Shown piece by piece: positions 25,819 through 38,400 of a stretch of DNA of 64,000 nucleotides. A program made the position numbers and the translations under genes. Position 1 is the stretch's first letter; the number at the start of each line of letters is the position of its first letter. Below the pieces are notes generated by a model. That model was not told where the DNA came from, ran no database searches, and saw only the letters and a program-made list of their open reading frames with translations. Source of the DNA: Yuukianura sp. NJ FZ-2021 (taxonomy: Eukaryota); contig CM102289.1 in NCBI GenBank assembly GCA_046563655.1, positions 8,246,001-8,310,000 on the forward strand. Reading direction: 5' to 3'.

Positions 25819-26553
25819 GTCGCTGCAATTAAATTCTCAAATCTGTTTGAACCAAAAGTTTTCTATTAGTTGGAATTGCCCCCAGCATGCGTTTATATTA
25901 ACCCTAAAATAATTCAAGGGCTCATATTCAAAACACTTATTAAAAAAATTACATATAATTTATTTACATTAGCTTTGAATTTATTTAAGTTTTCAGCATT
26001 TCCAAAATTTCAAATTTCATAATAAATGGTTACACACCTAAAATTACAGCTTGAAAAAAATCTCCAGTGAAACATGTAAACGGAAATCATGAAAAAGTTT
26101 AGCCTAGAATTCATTCTAGAATTTTAACTAAACTTGAATCCTGACCTTGTATTATTTTAAAAACCCTAGCTAAACATTCTGCTAACCTAACAATTAACTA
26201 ACTCATTCCGTACTTGAGTCATTTTCTACATGAGCACCCAAATCTCATGCTCAACTACCGTAGTTTCAACGCTTAGCTGGAGAAACATTGTAAAATTTAA
26301 AACATTTTTCCAAATTTTCAATTTCTAGACACACTAGAACTGGAATTTTTCATGCTTTTGATAATTACTCAAAATTGAAATTCATGTTTTATTAGTTGCT
26401 CAACTCCATTTGAATCTAAGAGTTGAAATAATTAAGCTTAGGCGTTATGACTTTCAAAATCTAAGCTTTACAAAATAGAAACTACGGAACAAAAGTTTTG
26501 AAGTTGAATAACTTCTGGACCTCCTTCTGCGTAGTTTTAACAAGAAACTTTAA

Positions 26554-27000
26554 TTACTCCTTTGGTAGTATCAGAGGCTTCCGGAAATGAATGCTGTTCA
26601 TGTCGAAGTCTTTGCTCCAGTACGTTCTGTGAGCAGCCGACGCACTGAAGCCACAGTCGAGTGAAATATTTGTACAGTTCACACTGTTGGCGTACTTAAT
26701 GATCCAATCCACCAACTTCCCGGCATACAGCATGCGGCGCTGGGACTTCAAAGTGCAAAGGTCATCAGTGGACACAGACTTCCCAGAGGACAAGTGATGA
26801 CTTAAGCGGAACCCTGCCACTGACACGACTTGACCTACAGTGCCCTCTTGCACTAAAATGAGACGATATCCATCATTTCTTTGTAAAAACTGAACTTGGG
26901 TTAAGAATTGACCTTGGTCAAGGTCAGGCAGAACTTGAATGATAACGGGCCAGCATGATTCGATTTCTTCTGGTGTGAGAGCCTCTCTCACTTCTGACAT
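26554..27000 (-). CDS. Intronless GNAT-family N-acetyltransferase of bacterial type
   Basis: 148-aa single-exon ORF with GYRLI..., VVSVAGFR, GK...DDLCT...R, LVDWI...A...C..ISLD.G....AHR.Y.......IHF. This is the pattern of a widespread small bacterial GNAT group. Start context is CAAAATG; AATAAA lies at 26388-26393 on the - strand. Confidence 0.88.
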   Translation of the reverse strand: MSEVREALTPEEIESCWPVIIQVLPDLDQGQFLTQVQFLQRNDGYRLILVQEGTVGQVVSVAGFRLSHHLSSGKSVSTDDLCTLKSQRRMLYAGKLVDWIIKYANSVNCTNISLDCGFSASAAHRTYWSKDFDMNSIHFRKPLILPKE

Positions 27001-27843
27001 TTTGTGATCAAAAGGCTGTCAGTGTCACAAACTCCCGGAAATTAAAAATTTTCAAAATTCACAATAAGATTTTTTTTTAAATTTCAACCAAGGACGTTTT
27101 AAGTAAAGCAGAGTTTTTTATGCGATGCTGTCAAGTTCTTGGAAAATGATCTTTGCTCGAGTGCAGAAAAGCTTCGAACTACTTAGGCTTCCGAGTTATT
27201 GCAAGAATTAATGAGCCGTGATTTAGCATCACTTTAGTCCAATGGTTATGGAACTTTTCTTAATCTTACTTTACATAAATTTAGAAAAAAGCTTTCCAAT
27301 TTACATCTTTACTCTGAATTTTGAAAGCTCATTTTTTTATTCAGGAGGCATTGAAAAAAAGTGGGTCGAACATTTTGGAAATTCAGCGTTTTTGACAAAA
27401 TGAGCTCGTTTCTTAATCAAAAATATTTAAGCGGAAGTATCCGCGCTCAATCAAAACTTACAAATTTAGATTTTTCTATCAAACACAAAAATTTTTACAG
27501 TTTGACTAACTAAGCAACTTTGAAATTCTGTAGAATAAGTTAAGCTCAAGTTGTCTATTTCGTCAAAGGTTTAGCACCAGTTTCAAGTTTTTGAAAATGA
27601 TTAACACCAATTTCAAATTTTCGAAAATATTTAGCACCGACTTGAGAATCTCAAAAAAAAACGTTAGCAGTATAGCACCAAGTTGCATTGAATTCAATAA
27701 TGCTAGTTTCTAATTCTAACTTACAACTTACTTACAACTTTATCAAAATTTTTAGACAATCAATGTCTAAAAAATGACGCGAGGGTTGGAAATTTCAAAA
27801 AACTTAAATTAGTGTTACAATTAATGCATAATTTAGCAGGATT

Positions 27844-28679
27844 TCATACAGGCAGCGAGTTTCTTTCTTCGACTAATCGTTCCATGCGAATATTGGCACC
27901 ACTTCGTGGAGAAGGAAACTTAACTAGTGAAAGTTCTACAAGTTTTGACTTGACTTCATCGCAACTAAACAGTTTTGCAACAGTTCTAAAGTAGCCACAT
28001 TCTCTTTCAAATGTAATTGTGTACAGTATGAGCAACAGAGCTTCGATTGATTCAAATACTAGAAATACAATGTGAAAACTTCCACCGTCACTTTTTAACA
28101 GTCCATCGATTCCTAGTGCCAGACTATAAGCGATGCAGAGTAAAAAAATCATGTGGACAATCATGGCTGCCAAGTTCCATGTGTGTGTTCCCTGCAAACA
28201 TTACAAAACAAAATTTTACTGAAAAGTTAGGCATATATGCAAAATTTTGAAATTTTATCATGAGTTGCGACTTTTTAAAAATTTAGACAAAACTTACATG
28301 TTGCTGCTTCAAATTGGCGAAAACGTAGGCTATTGAAAATACAAACTGGAACAATCCTACACTAATTCCAACAGACGCTGCAGCACCGCATAGCAGTCGT
28401 ATTCGTCTTTCTGCTGCCCACTGCGCATAGTCTATGTCACTTGTGTACTGGTTGCCATGGATATCCACTGTTACTAGGAACCATACACTCACTATGAACA
28501 GCACTAGTCCAAAAACCTATGTTAAAAAACACAAAAATATATTTAGGTATAAACTTTTTTAATATAATGAAATAAATATATAATGCAGCATTTTGTCTAA
28601 AAAGTTTATGTTTGTTTTTAGAAAATGTTAGGAAGCTTACGGTTGAAACGAAGCTGGCGATGTTGGTAGGTGCCGCCAT
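27844..28679 (-). CDS. Unknown four-transmembrane protein; 3 exons
   Basis: MAAPTNIASFVST|VFGLVLFIVSVWFLVTV...VGISVGLFQFVFSIAYVFA..QQH|GTHTWNLAAMIVHMIFLLCIAYSLALG...FHIVFLVFESIEALLLILYTI. Canonical introns join four hydrophobic segments. No family recognised. Confidence 0.7.
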
Positions 28680-31600
28680 TGTACACGAGAGTAAAAATTA
28701 GCACAATTTTACTAATTTTTGCACATTGTTGTCAAAATTTTCTAAAAAATTAGTGAATTCAGAAAATGCAGAGTTCAGCTGATCTTGAAATGGGTGGATT
28801 TCAGTGGACAAAAAATAAGTGGGCAGATGATTCCCGTTCTTTTTTCCTTGATGAATGAACACTGAAACGCCACATTACAAAAAATTTGTTGTCTGTGACG
28901 CTGTGGTTTTTGTTGCCTCAAAGTTATATCAGTTTATATTAGTCAGTGCATTTGTAAAAGCCTAGGCAAGAAACCAGGATGTACAAAATGCTTACATTTG
29001 ACATTCAATTTAAATATTCACTTCACTAGAACGCCGAGTTCAATTTGTTTAGACTAAATTAAATGGTACTTTGCATAAGATTTTGATTATTTGTTTTGTC
29101 CAGTTGAAACAGAAATTTTACTCCTATACAAGTATAAACTCTGATGACTTTTGTTTTAGTACGAAGAAATGGGAAGCTTTCCATTAATTTTCAATTAATG
29201 AATAACTAATAACATATTCGTGTTATGAGCATTAAATGTTACAAAATGCTGATGACTTGTGTAACCTAATGACTTTTGCAATTTGCAGTTTGGAGTAGAA
29301 CATGAATCATTTCCATTTAAAAATCCAAACGCGTCTCAAATCATCAAAACAACAAACAGATTAAACTCCAAAAAAATGTTTCATTTTATTTTTTCGTTTC
29401 GAATCATTTCCAATTCTTTTTTTTAATTTGGTGGGAATATGGCTTTCACTTTGTTTTTGGACTTTTGCGTTTCGTACCATGACAGAAAATTTGTGCGATC
29501 TAAAAATAAACTCCTTTTTTTGTTAAAACTGGCGCAAATATGTAATTATTTTTTGGTTTTGATTGATCGAAGAAAAATATGTCACCGAAATTTTTTTTTT
29601 GTATTTTGCATAAAAAAGTCAGTGAACTGTAGATTACACTTTAGATTATGTTAGTGCCACTTCTGTCACAGATTGGCTTAATGTTTGAACGTACATCACA
29701 AAAGTGTCCAATCTGTACATTCAGAACAAAATGCGACAATTCTTACATAATGTATGGGACATATTGTATTTTTGTTAACATTTGACCAAGTTAGGTCATT
29801 GTCCATTAGGCACAAAGTCCATAAGCGTAGGACGTTTTATTGCCCTCTTTGAAAAACATGAAAATTCAGTGTTGGAACTTAATTAAGCAAATTTTAGGTG
29901 AAACCTTAATAGGAATTGGGTTCCATAAAAGTATGTTTTCAAAATTCAAATTTTCAGGGGAAGAGTTAAGCCTAAAATGGTGTTTAACACAGAACAGCAT
30001 TGATATCAAATGGCACTTTTCATATGACTAAAGACACAACTTTCAATTTTAGTAGTTATGTCCATAAGTCCTTGTTGATAATATGACAAAAGCAGAAGAT
30101 GAAGTATTCAAAGAACTGTGATGCGTAGGAATTAGTAGCTTTGGATCTTCTGGAAGTGTGATCTTGACATGGATTGTTTCAAGTTATAGCTGAGCATTCA
30201 AGTGTCTTAGGAGCTCAACATGGTGAGGCATGCGTTCATACTTTCTCCAGTAGCAAAGAGGAAGCTACTGGTTTTCAAAGCCTCTTCCCCTAAAAACCGC
30301 CTCTGAATTTTATTTTCTGGTAGCTTTCCAATTTCATTACAAAAGTTGAGCAAAGGTCTTCCTTTGAACACATTCTGGTTTTGTTCAATGAAGCAAAAAC
30401 AGTGAATGGAAACGTTGGTTCAAAGTGCTAGTGGTTTAAAAAACTTTTGAAAAAATTGATCAAACAGTTCAATAATAAATTTGACTAGTAGTGTGTAGAA
30501 AATGTGAAAAACTGGATTTGTAAGTAAAATATTTTAAGAAAAGTTTAGAAACGAAAGTTGAAAAAGTTTAACTGAATTTCCAGCGGCCAAAATCCTTTGA
30601 ATTCTGCAGACAATAAACTTGGAAAAAAAAGAGTTCACTTCAAAAGCGTCTTTGAAAAGTGTGAAAAGGCCTTTCGAACAATATGGCTTTCACTTTTCTC
30701 AAAGAGAAAAGCTTTTGTGTTCTAAACTGAATGAAAACCAAGAGATTTTGAAACCACAATTCAGACAAAAGGTAAGTCCGGATTAGAATTTTTTGATGAA
30801 ATTTAGAAAATGCTTGGCAAATTTTTGGCATCAGTGTTTGAAAACTGTTGTCTGCATGTGGGAAAATTTTTGTTTGTCGTTTTGTAAATTTCTGGTTCAA
30901 TGAAGGTTCTAAGCTTTACAACGATTGTGTGCTTTATAGTAACAGCACGTTCCGAATGCTCTTGGAAATTTATCATTTGAATCATTTTTAAAAACTTTCA
31001 TTTCAGGACATACTCTACAAAAAAAACACTTTATGGAAAGTGGTTCGATGAGAATGGTGAAGGGAGAATAATGTAAGTTAGAAATGAAGTTTTAGCAATG
31101 CTAAAAGTTACTAAAAGTGGAAAATTGAGGAAGTGGATATTTTAGGACATTTTGGTAGCACAAAGTTACTGAAGTTCTTAAAACTTAAGAGATGGATGGG
31201 TTTAGTAAGTTATAATTTTGCGCAGCATTTTTTATATAAGACAAACTTTTCGCGTTTAGTAACAATTTGATATTATTAACCTTATTTCAAACAGTAATAA
31301 CAATTTAAACTATGCTCCGTACTTTTTGAAGGCTCAGAGTCAAAATTCAATAAACTTTGTTACATTTTCCACAGTACAGCAAAAACCACTAAACACTTTC
31401 CCCGTCGTCGAAATTGCTTTTTTTTCGGTCGTCATTTAATTTCATTTTCCACAAGTTGATGTCATTTTCGAAAAATAAAATGCCTTTTTTGAAAAGTGCA
31501 ATTTAGAATAACATGTTTAACAAAATGCAATTACATTATACGGAAATGTCAAAATAAAAACACTAACTAAAATATCCGAAGCCGATAGTTCAGCATTGCA

Positions 31601-34600
31601 TAATAATTTAGTCAATCAAAACCGTTTTTGTAAAATCGTTTTTTTTTACTTTCACCTCACTCGTGTATGTGAGTGAGTACGAAATATTCGGAGAAAAACT
31701 GTTGAAAAAATGTATTCTCATCATTTTTTGAAAATATTTCAAATGTTTGTTATTTTGATTTTACTTAACACGGTCGATTGTCGAAATTTGAAAATTTTGG
31801 CTGTTTGAAAACGTTTGACTTAAAAGTGTGGCATAAAACTATGCAAGTGAAATCCAAGTTCAAGCTTTTTGACCTTCGTAATCGAAGCTGTTTAAGGAAG
31901 GTCAAGTTGTAACACTTCAAAGAAACGCCGTTTCAAATCAAACTTTTCCTTTAGAAAGGAAAACTGATTCTTTTCAAATTTTCTCATTAGTTGAAGCGGC
32001 CAAAGACCAAAGCCTTTGAAAGTTAAGAATCATTAGGAATTTGTTGTTGGCAGTGGCAATAATACTATTCAATTTGTACAATTTCCTTTGAACTGCCGCT
32101 TTGTGATAAAAACCATAAGAATGTCCAATTTCATTTCAAATTTGGCAGCAAACAAGGAAATCGCTTTACCAAATAGAATTAGCAGTTGAAACTAAACCTT
32201 TGATGTGGTGGTCATCTGGTCAGAATACGCGTCATTTCCTAGACTTCTGCAGATTAGTAGCATTCACCACAAGATTGTTTGCTAACTTCCGAATTTTCAC
32301 ACATTTTTAAATAAAATGCCCGCCTTTTCTTTAATAATGCGTTTTCCGCTGTCATTTTTTAGGATTTTTAAAATGGTTATGGCTTTTTAGCACTTCTTTT
32401 GGCGAGGACTTTAGAGATATAAAATCCTATTCTACTTTTTTTGAAAACGGGCTTAAACCTTCCATTTTCTAAGGTCAAAGGTGGCCAAAAACACATTACG
32501 AAAAGCCTAAATTTAACAAAAGTTTTTTTTGGCGGGTACCAAATTGAACAATCAAATTTTACTGCAAGAGCTATCGTTTTTTGTAACCAAAATGACACAA
32601 ACCTTTTAAGTTTCGATGGAGCGTTGAACCGAATTGCTGGAACGGAAAATGATCTGTTTGCATTGTGGCGCCATCTTTTCAATTATAAACTCTTGTGAAA
32701 CTTCGTATGAATAGAGAGGAAGCCATTCAATTTTCAGCGTTTTGTAAAACTAAGACATTGTTTCCAAAAATCCATTACTCCCTCGGTCCATTAACGCCCT
32801 TCAAATTGGAAAGTGGAAACTATACGAACATTTGACTGTCATTTTCAGAACGTTTCAGCAGTTTGCATAATTTTCCATTTTTGAAATTTTGGTTTTTGGT
32901 GGTATGAGTTAGCATAAAAAATTAACAGCTTACGTGTCAAATCTCAGAGGATTTGCAGTTTTTCATTATTTTTTTTTTGTAGACAAAAAAGATTTCGTTT
33001 TAAATCTTCACTTTAATTTTTTTTTTTAGAAATTTAAAAAGTTTCTTCTTCTTTTTTGCTCAGAGTGCAAAACCTTTGTAGAATTAAAGTTTTACTGAAA
33101 ATGGCTGTCGAGTTTTTAGTTAAACTAAAAGCACGCTTCGTAGAAGTGTTTTTGGGTAATGTAACGCCTTCTCAAAGCTGCCTAATGAACAAAACACTTT
33201 TGTTATGTTGTAACTTTTCTTTTAAATAACACTGACGAAACCTAACTTTTAGTAATGGAAACGGAAGACTCTTGAACTTACAAACTAATTATAGAAATGG
33301 ATCTATTCAGCGCAGCGAGTCGCACTTTGACAGCATTATCTGTTTCACTTTGCTTCTGCTTTTTACTTTTGGTTCACTAAGAACGACTACTAAATTTCTG
33401 AGATCTTTAACAGCTTTTTTGCTTGATTGGAAACCTTTCTTGATTGACCTAAGCATTGCTATGTCGAATGAATTCAGATTCTGCGGTTAAACGGCAAGGT
33501 CGTTCTAGAAATTTGGGAAAAAGTTTAGTTTTTCCTAATTCGAAGTTGATCGGATAAATAAATTCATGGCACGTTTAAATAAATCGATTTGGATTTCTGA
33601 ACACATCTTTTCATTAGAGAAAGTTTGGAGATGTTAAAGTAGTTTTTCTCTGCGGATTCCAATTTATAGTGATATATGCAGATTCATATTCACCAGACTT
33701 TCCTTTTTCCATGAGAAAAATATGGACGTTCGGCTATATTAATCTGACATAAATTTTCTAAACGAAGAAAGTTAGGAGAAAGCAAATTCAATTCAAGTTA
33801 CTAAAACTAATGTACAGAGTATGCCAATTTCACTTTGCTAAAAAACAATTTGCGTTTGGATTGATGAGAATTTTATTTTCCAAAGAACGCAGACATGTAA
33901 ATGTTTGGATTCTATTTTTTGGAATTATCTAATCCAGCGCAAAAATTTGCGGTGAAAGTATCAACATCCAGGGAATAAGAAGAAAACAGGTTTTCTCTCA
34001 TTTTTGTTACGAAGTGTCTGGAAATTAATTTTTCTTGCAAAAACACCGCCTACAGACTTTTCCGTTTTTCGTATTTTTATAACAGACTTTCTTCGGGTCC
34101 AGAGAAAAATATTTTTTTTCTGAAACTTAACCCACAAAACCTAATGGCGTAGATTGGTTTTCGGAAACGACAGTAGTTCAACCGGCAATTCTCATATGGG
34201 ATGGGACTCTCATCAGGAAAAAATTGATCGTAACATTGTAGATTTTATATTAAGTTAATTTTGGGTTTGTTAGTTTAGTAATTTCAGGGTTTTTCAGTGT
34301 TGCGGTTAATACACTCAGATCATGAATCTAATTTTGAAGAAATGGATTTTTTAAAACCAATTTATCATTAAAGAACGCTCAAAGTTTCGAAAACCACGCA
34401 ACGTTATTAGTTTAAAAAGTTCAAGCATCTTGCGGAATTGAGTTTGTTTAAGGAAAAAGTTTCAAAATTTTGAAAATTATGGGATCGTTCACATAATCAA
34501 TCAACAGGACTCACATTATTCATTATTCTTGGGCATATTTTGTCAACAACTTTGCTCTTGACATAAATTCCTCTAAAAATTTCAATTCAAAATATAAAGT

Positions 34601-35335
34601 GTATCTTCCAAACTGAATTTTCAAATTTCATTACTATGCATCCAATTATTAAAAAATTTTATATTTTTGAAAAAAATTTTTGAAATTTTTGAAAAAAAAA
34701 AGAAATGAAGGTTTCTTAAAAAATACAAACCCATTATACTCTATTAGACCTCGGCAGATAATTTCTAGAGACTTTCTACTTTCCCAAAGCCTAAATTAAA
34801 TTTCGTACTCTCGGACCTGAGAAAATTAAAACCTCATTTCCATTTTCACATTTGCAAAACTACTCTAAAAATGCCGCTTCCGAAAGGAATCGCAAACTTA
34901 AAACAAGATTTTTTCAAACTTTTTCTTCTGAAAACTTCGCAGAGTAAACAATACTGAAAATCTTAGAACAAAATTCAATGGACAACGGACCTCAAATACT
35001 GAATTTTTTCTTTCCTAATAATAACATCTACTGAATAAATCTTTTGCTGCGTATATAGTTTGATTTGAAATGGAAATAATGGTTTTTCAGGATTGTGGAA
35101 AGTGGTACTTTAGTTTTTGTAGTTGTGGGAGTATAAGTATAGAGCAAGAAAATCAATTCTAATAAAACAGAAGTAACGGGAATCCAGGTTGACTCTAACG
35201 TTTTCTTTATCCTATTTCTACACCTTTAGAACACGGCGGAAGTCACTTTTGTTGTATAACAAAAAAAAACGAATAAAGCTTTACGTTTTGATTTTCAGCT
35301 TTTCCACGTCCATGAACATAAGCCTCTTCAGGACA

Positions 35336-35418
35336 AAATTGTAGCTCGAAAGTGGACGTTTTCGCCAAAAACTGCAAATTGTAGCTCGAAAGTGGACATT
35401 TTCGACAAAACCGCACAA
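35336..35418. repeat. Tandem duplication of an ~41-bp unit, 2 copies
   Basis: AAATTGTAGCTCGAAAGTGGAC(G/A)TTTTCG(C/A)CAAAA occurs twice in direct succession. Confidence 0.85.
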
Positions 35419-38400
35419 TCTTTGAAAAGAAAGAAAAGAAAAAACTTATTTGGAAGCTTTTTTCGAAATGGATAAAACCTTATATTGACTTTGGTGGGAT
35501 TTTTACTTATATTGCGTGCACTATTGCATCTAACAAACAGCAAAATGAAAGTCGAAAAGACTTTTCTCCGGAACCAATTTGTAGTACAAGATATAAACAA
35601 ATTGTTGTGGTCCAAAGTTGAACGTTAACTTTTGAAAAGAGAAAGTTAGGTTATGTAAGACGTAAAGTTTTGTTTTGAAAGGCTTTGAACCGTACTGTAC
35701 ATTTGATGAAATGAAGACAAGTCCTTCTTTACTGCCACCAGTAGAAAGTTGTCCTCCTGCTGCTTTTTTCTTCAAAAAAGCTTCAAATGTTTATGAGAAA
35801 CAGTAAATCCGCTTATTCCTTCCGTGACCAAAATTTTTAACATTGCAATAACGCACCGATGTAGGTTTTTTGAAAAAAAAAAGTTAAGCTTTTTGTGGTG
35901 GTGCCTAAGCTCCTAAAATTGTCAATGTCAATTTGTTTTCAACTTTTTTATTGAAATGAATGTAAAACTTTCACGTAAAGTGACGTGCACGTTTGTGAAT
36001 AAAAACAAAATCAGACAGCCTTTAAAGATTTTCAAACTTTCACAAAAAGACTAAAAAAAAAGTTTGTCATGAAAATAGTTTATTTGCCACGATTTGGTGA
36101 AACTATGTCAAGGATTTTCAACTAAAGTTTATATTGCACTTTTCAACGAAAAAAATCCACTTTTTTTTAACCAAGCTCAAACAGTGAGCATCTTTTCAAG
36201 TTGTTGAAATTTTTTGAAACTGAATCATTCCTAAAAATCCGAGTTCATCGTTTTCTCATGCAGTAGCTGTCAGATGCACAGAATTTTTGAATTTTTCAAA
36301 CTTTTTTAAAAAAGAGGAGTTGTTTAGAAAACGTCTTTTCAGTACTGAACTGTAAAGTTTAAAATTCCTCAGCCAAGGACTAATGCCACTTTGATTTGTG
36401 ACTTCTAAAAATCCTACTTGCCAATTTATCCCTTGGGTTTTAATTGAAGCTGAAGAATTTCGCACTGTTTTTTGCAAAGTGTTAAACTGAGCATTACACG
36501 CCCAATGTCATTTTCCTTTGGCCACACAGTCACTGTTTACCATCACCAGTCCACTTTACTAACGTCTTCTCCCTGTGATAAATTTCTAAAAAACACGAAC
36601 ACTTCAATTGAGCAGCGCCTTTTTCAAAAGTTTTTGTATTTTTGAAAGTGTGTTTGTGTATTTTCTGGAGTTGGGCCAAAATAAAAAGGAAATATTATTA
36701 GACAAAATACAACAAAAATAATTATATACTGAGTAAGTGGGTAATAAAATCAAATTGTGTCAACTGCGCTAGGCACGATCTGTATTAGATGAAAACTAAA
36801 GAAGAAACTAAGACTTTTGCTTCAACTCCAGCAAAAACTATCAAAATCGCTGTATGCTATTGGCAGCGTCAGCTATTTTGGCGGAAACTAATAAAAATTT
36901 GGACAACAACGTCGCCGAAATGGTTTCTAATCAAATGCGTGCTAGAGATTCCAAACTTCAAATTTTCTAGAAAAAAAAATTACTTTCAAAAATCTACTCA
37001 TAAAACTCTAGTTTCAAAAATCTACAAAAAAAAAATCCAATTCTAGAGTTCTACAGAAAAAAAGAGAAAGTGAGGAGGAAATATTAAAAAGGTTTCCAAA
37101 AAGATAAAGTTGTCAAATGTCAATTTTTTTAACTCTGGAGAAAATAAAATAGGAGAAAACGAGACTCTCGACAAGAATTTTTCTGTTTCAAAATTTTGAA
37201 AAGAAGAGTTTCTGGAAACCAGAACCCAATTTTATGACTACGTTCTGTGCACATTGAACAGATCGTGATCTGGATTCTGTTTTTCTTGTGTGTGAAGCAC
37301 TTAATATCATTTCGTAAATAATTTGAGTCCGTGAGTTCACTTTTGCTGTCTACTAAACAGTTTTTGTGGTTTGGTTTATTGCTCAGACTGTGCAAGTTAA
37401 CCTAATCGTTTCAATGACAGATAGATGGAAAATTGGAAGGCAGAAGTGGGATATATTGACAAACTCCATCATTCTGGACACAAGCCATGGTTACATTTTG
37501 AATGTTTCCGCTTTGTGTCCAAAGGTTGAGGCCACTCTCAGTTCACTGCAGCGCAAATTCCTTTTGGCACTCGTTTTTTTTTTCGAAAGCCTTTAAAACT
37601 TCCAACTTGAGCACACGACACTCACTGGCGCCTTTTCGTGTACTAAAGTTTTCCTATAAACTTTTTTCTTTCAAAACAATCCACTGCTACCGCTGCTGTG
37701 CACAAACGGCATAATTTTTTAGCATAATTTTTGGAAACTTCAAAAAATTGTTAGAAAAACAAACGTAAAGGCTGAATTTATTCTAAAAGCCTCAAAACTC
37801 AAAATTCCGTAACATGCCGAAGTGAATTTTCAAATTTTTATGTATTTTAAGCAGGAATTGTATTAGTTTCAGTAGTTTTGTTCATAAAAGTCCAAATTAC
37901 AAAGTTTTTGGAGCAATTTTTTCATAATTTTGATACAGTTTATTTAAAAGCATTCCACATCTGTGACAAAGTTGTCTTCATCTACCGTAACCGAGATTCG
38001 ATCAAATTCTGGATCCAGAGTTTCAATTGGTTCAGACGGAATGATAATTCTGTATGGTTTCTTGAGGTTACTTTCCAAATACTGTTTTCAAACAAATTTT
38101 TTTTTTCGTAATTCTCAAATTTTTTTTTATTTTATTTTTTCAAAAACAAACTAAATTTTGTATACCTCTGTAGCTTGATTATACGGTTCCTTGTGTACCA
38201 GTTTTTTGTCAAGTATTTTTGCAGCTCCTCCGATTCTACGCAGACACCCGCTCTCTTCCTCCTTAGCCACCTTTTTCTCGTTCTTAAAGAGTTCAAAAGA
38301 AAAGTTTTTCAAAGATTCAAATTTTCAAAATTAAGACGGCTTTGAGCAGAGTGAATTCTTAAACACTTACCTGACTCTGTGCCAAAAGCACTGAGCAGAC

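Noticed and set aside
30130..30310. Minus-strand fragment LPLCYWRKYERMPHHVELLR, faintly like a hAT dimerisation motif
   Set aside because: It is short, bounded by stops, and has no other transposase motifs or termini.
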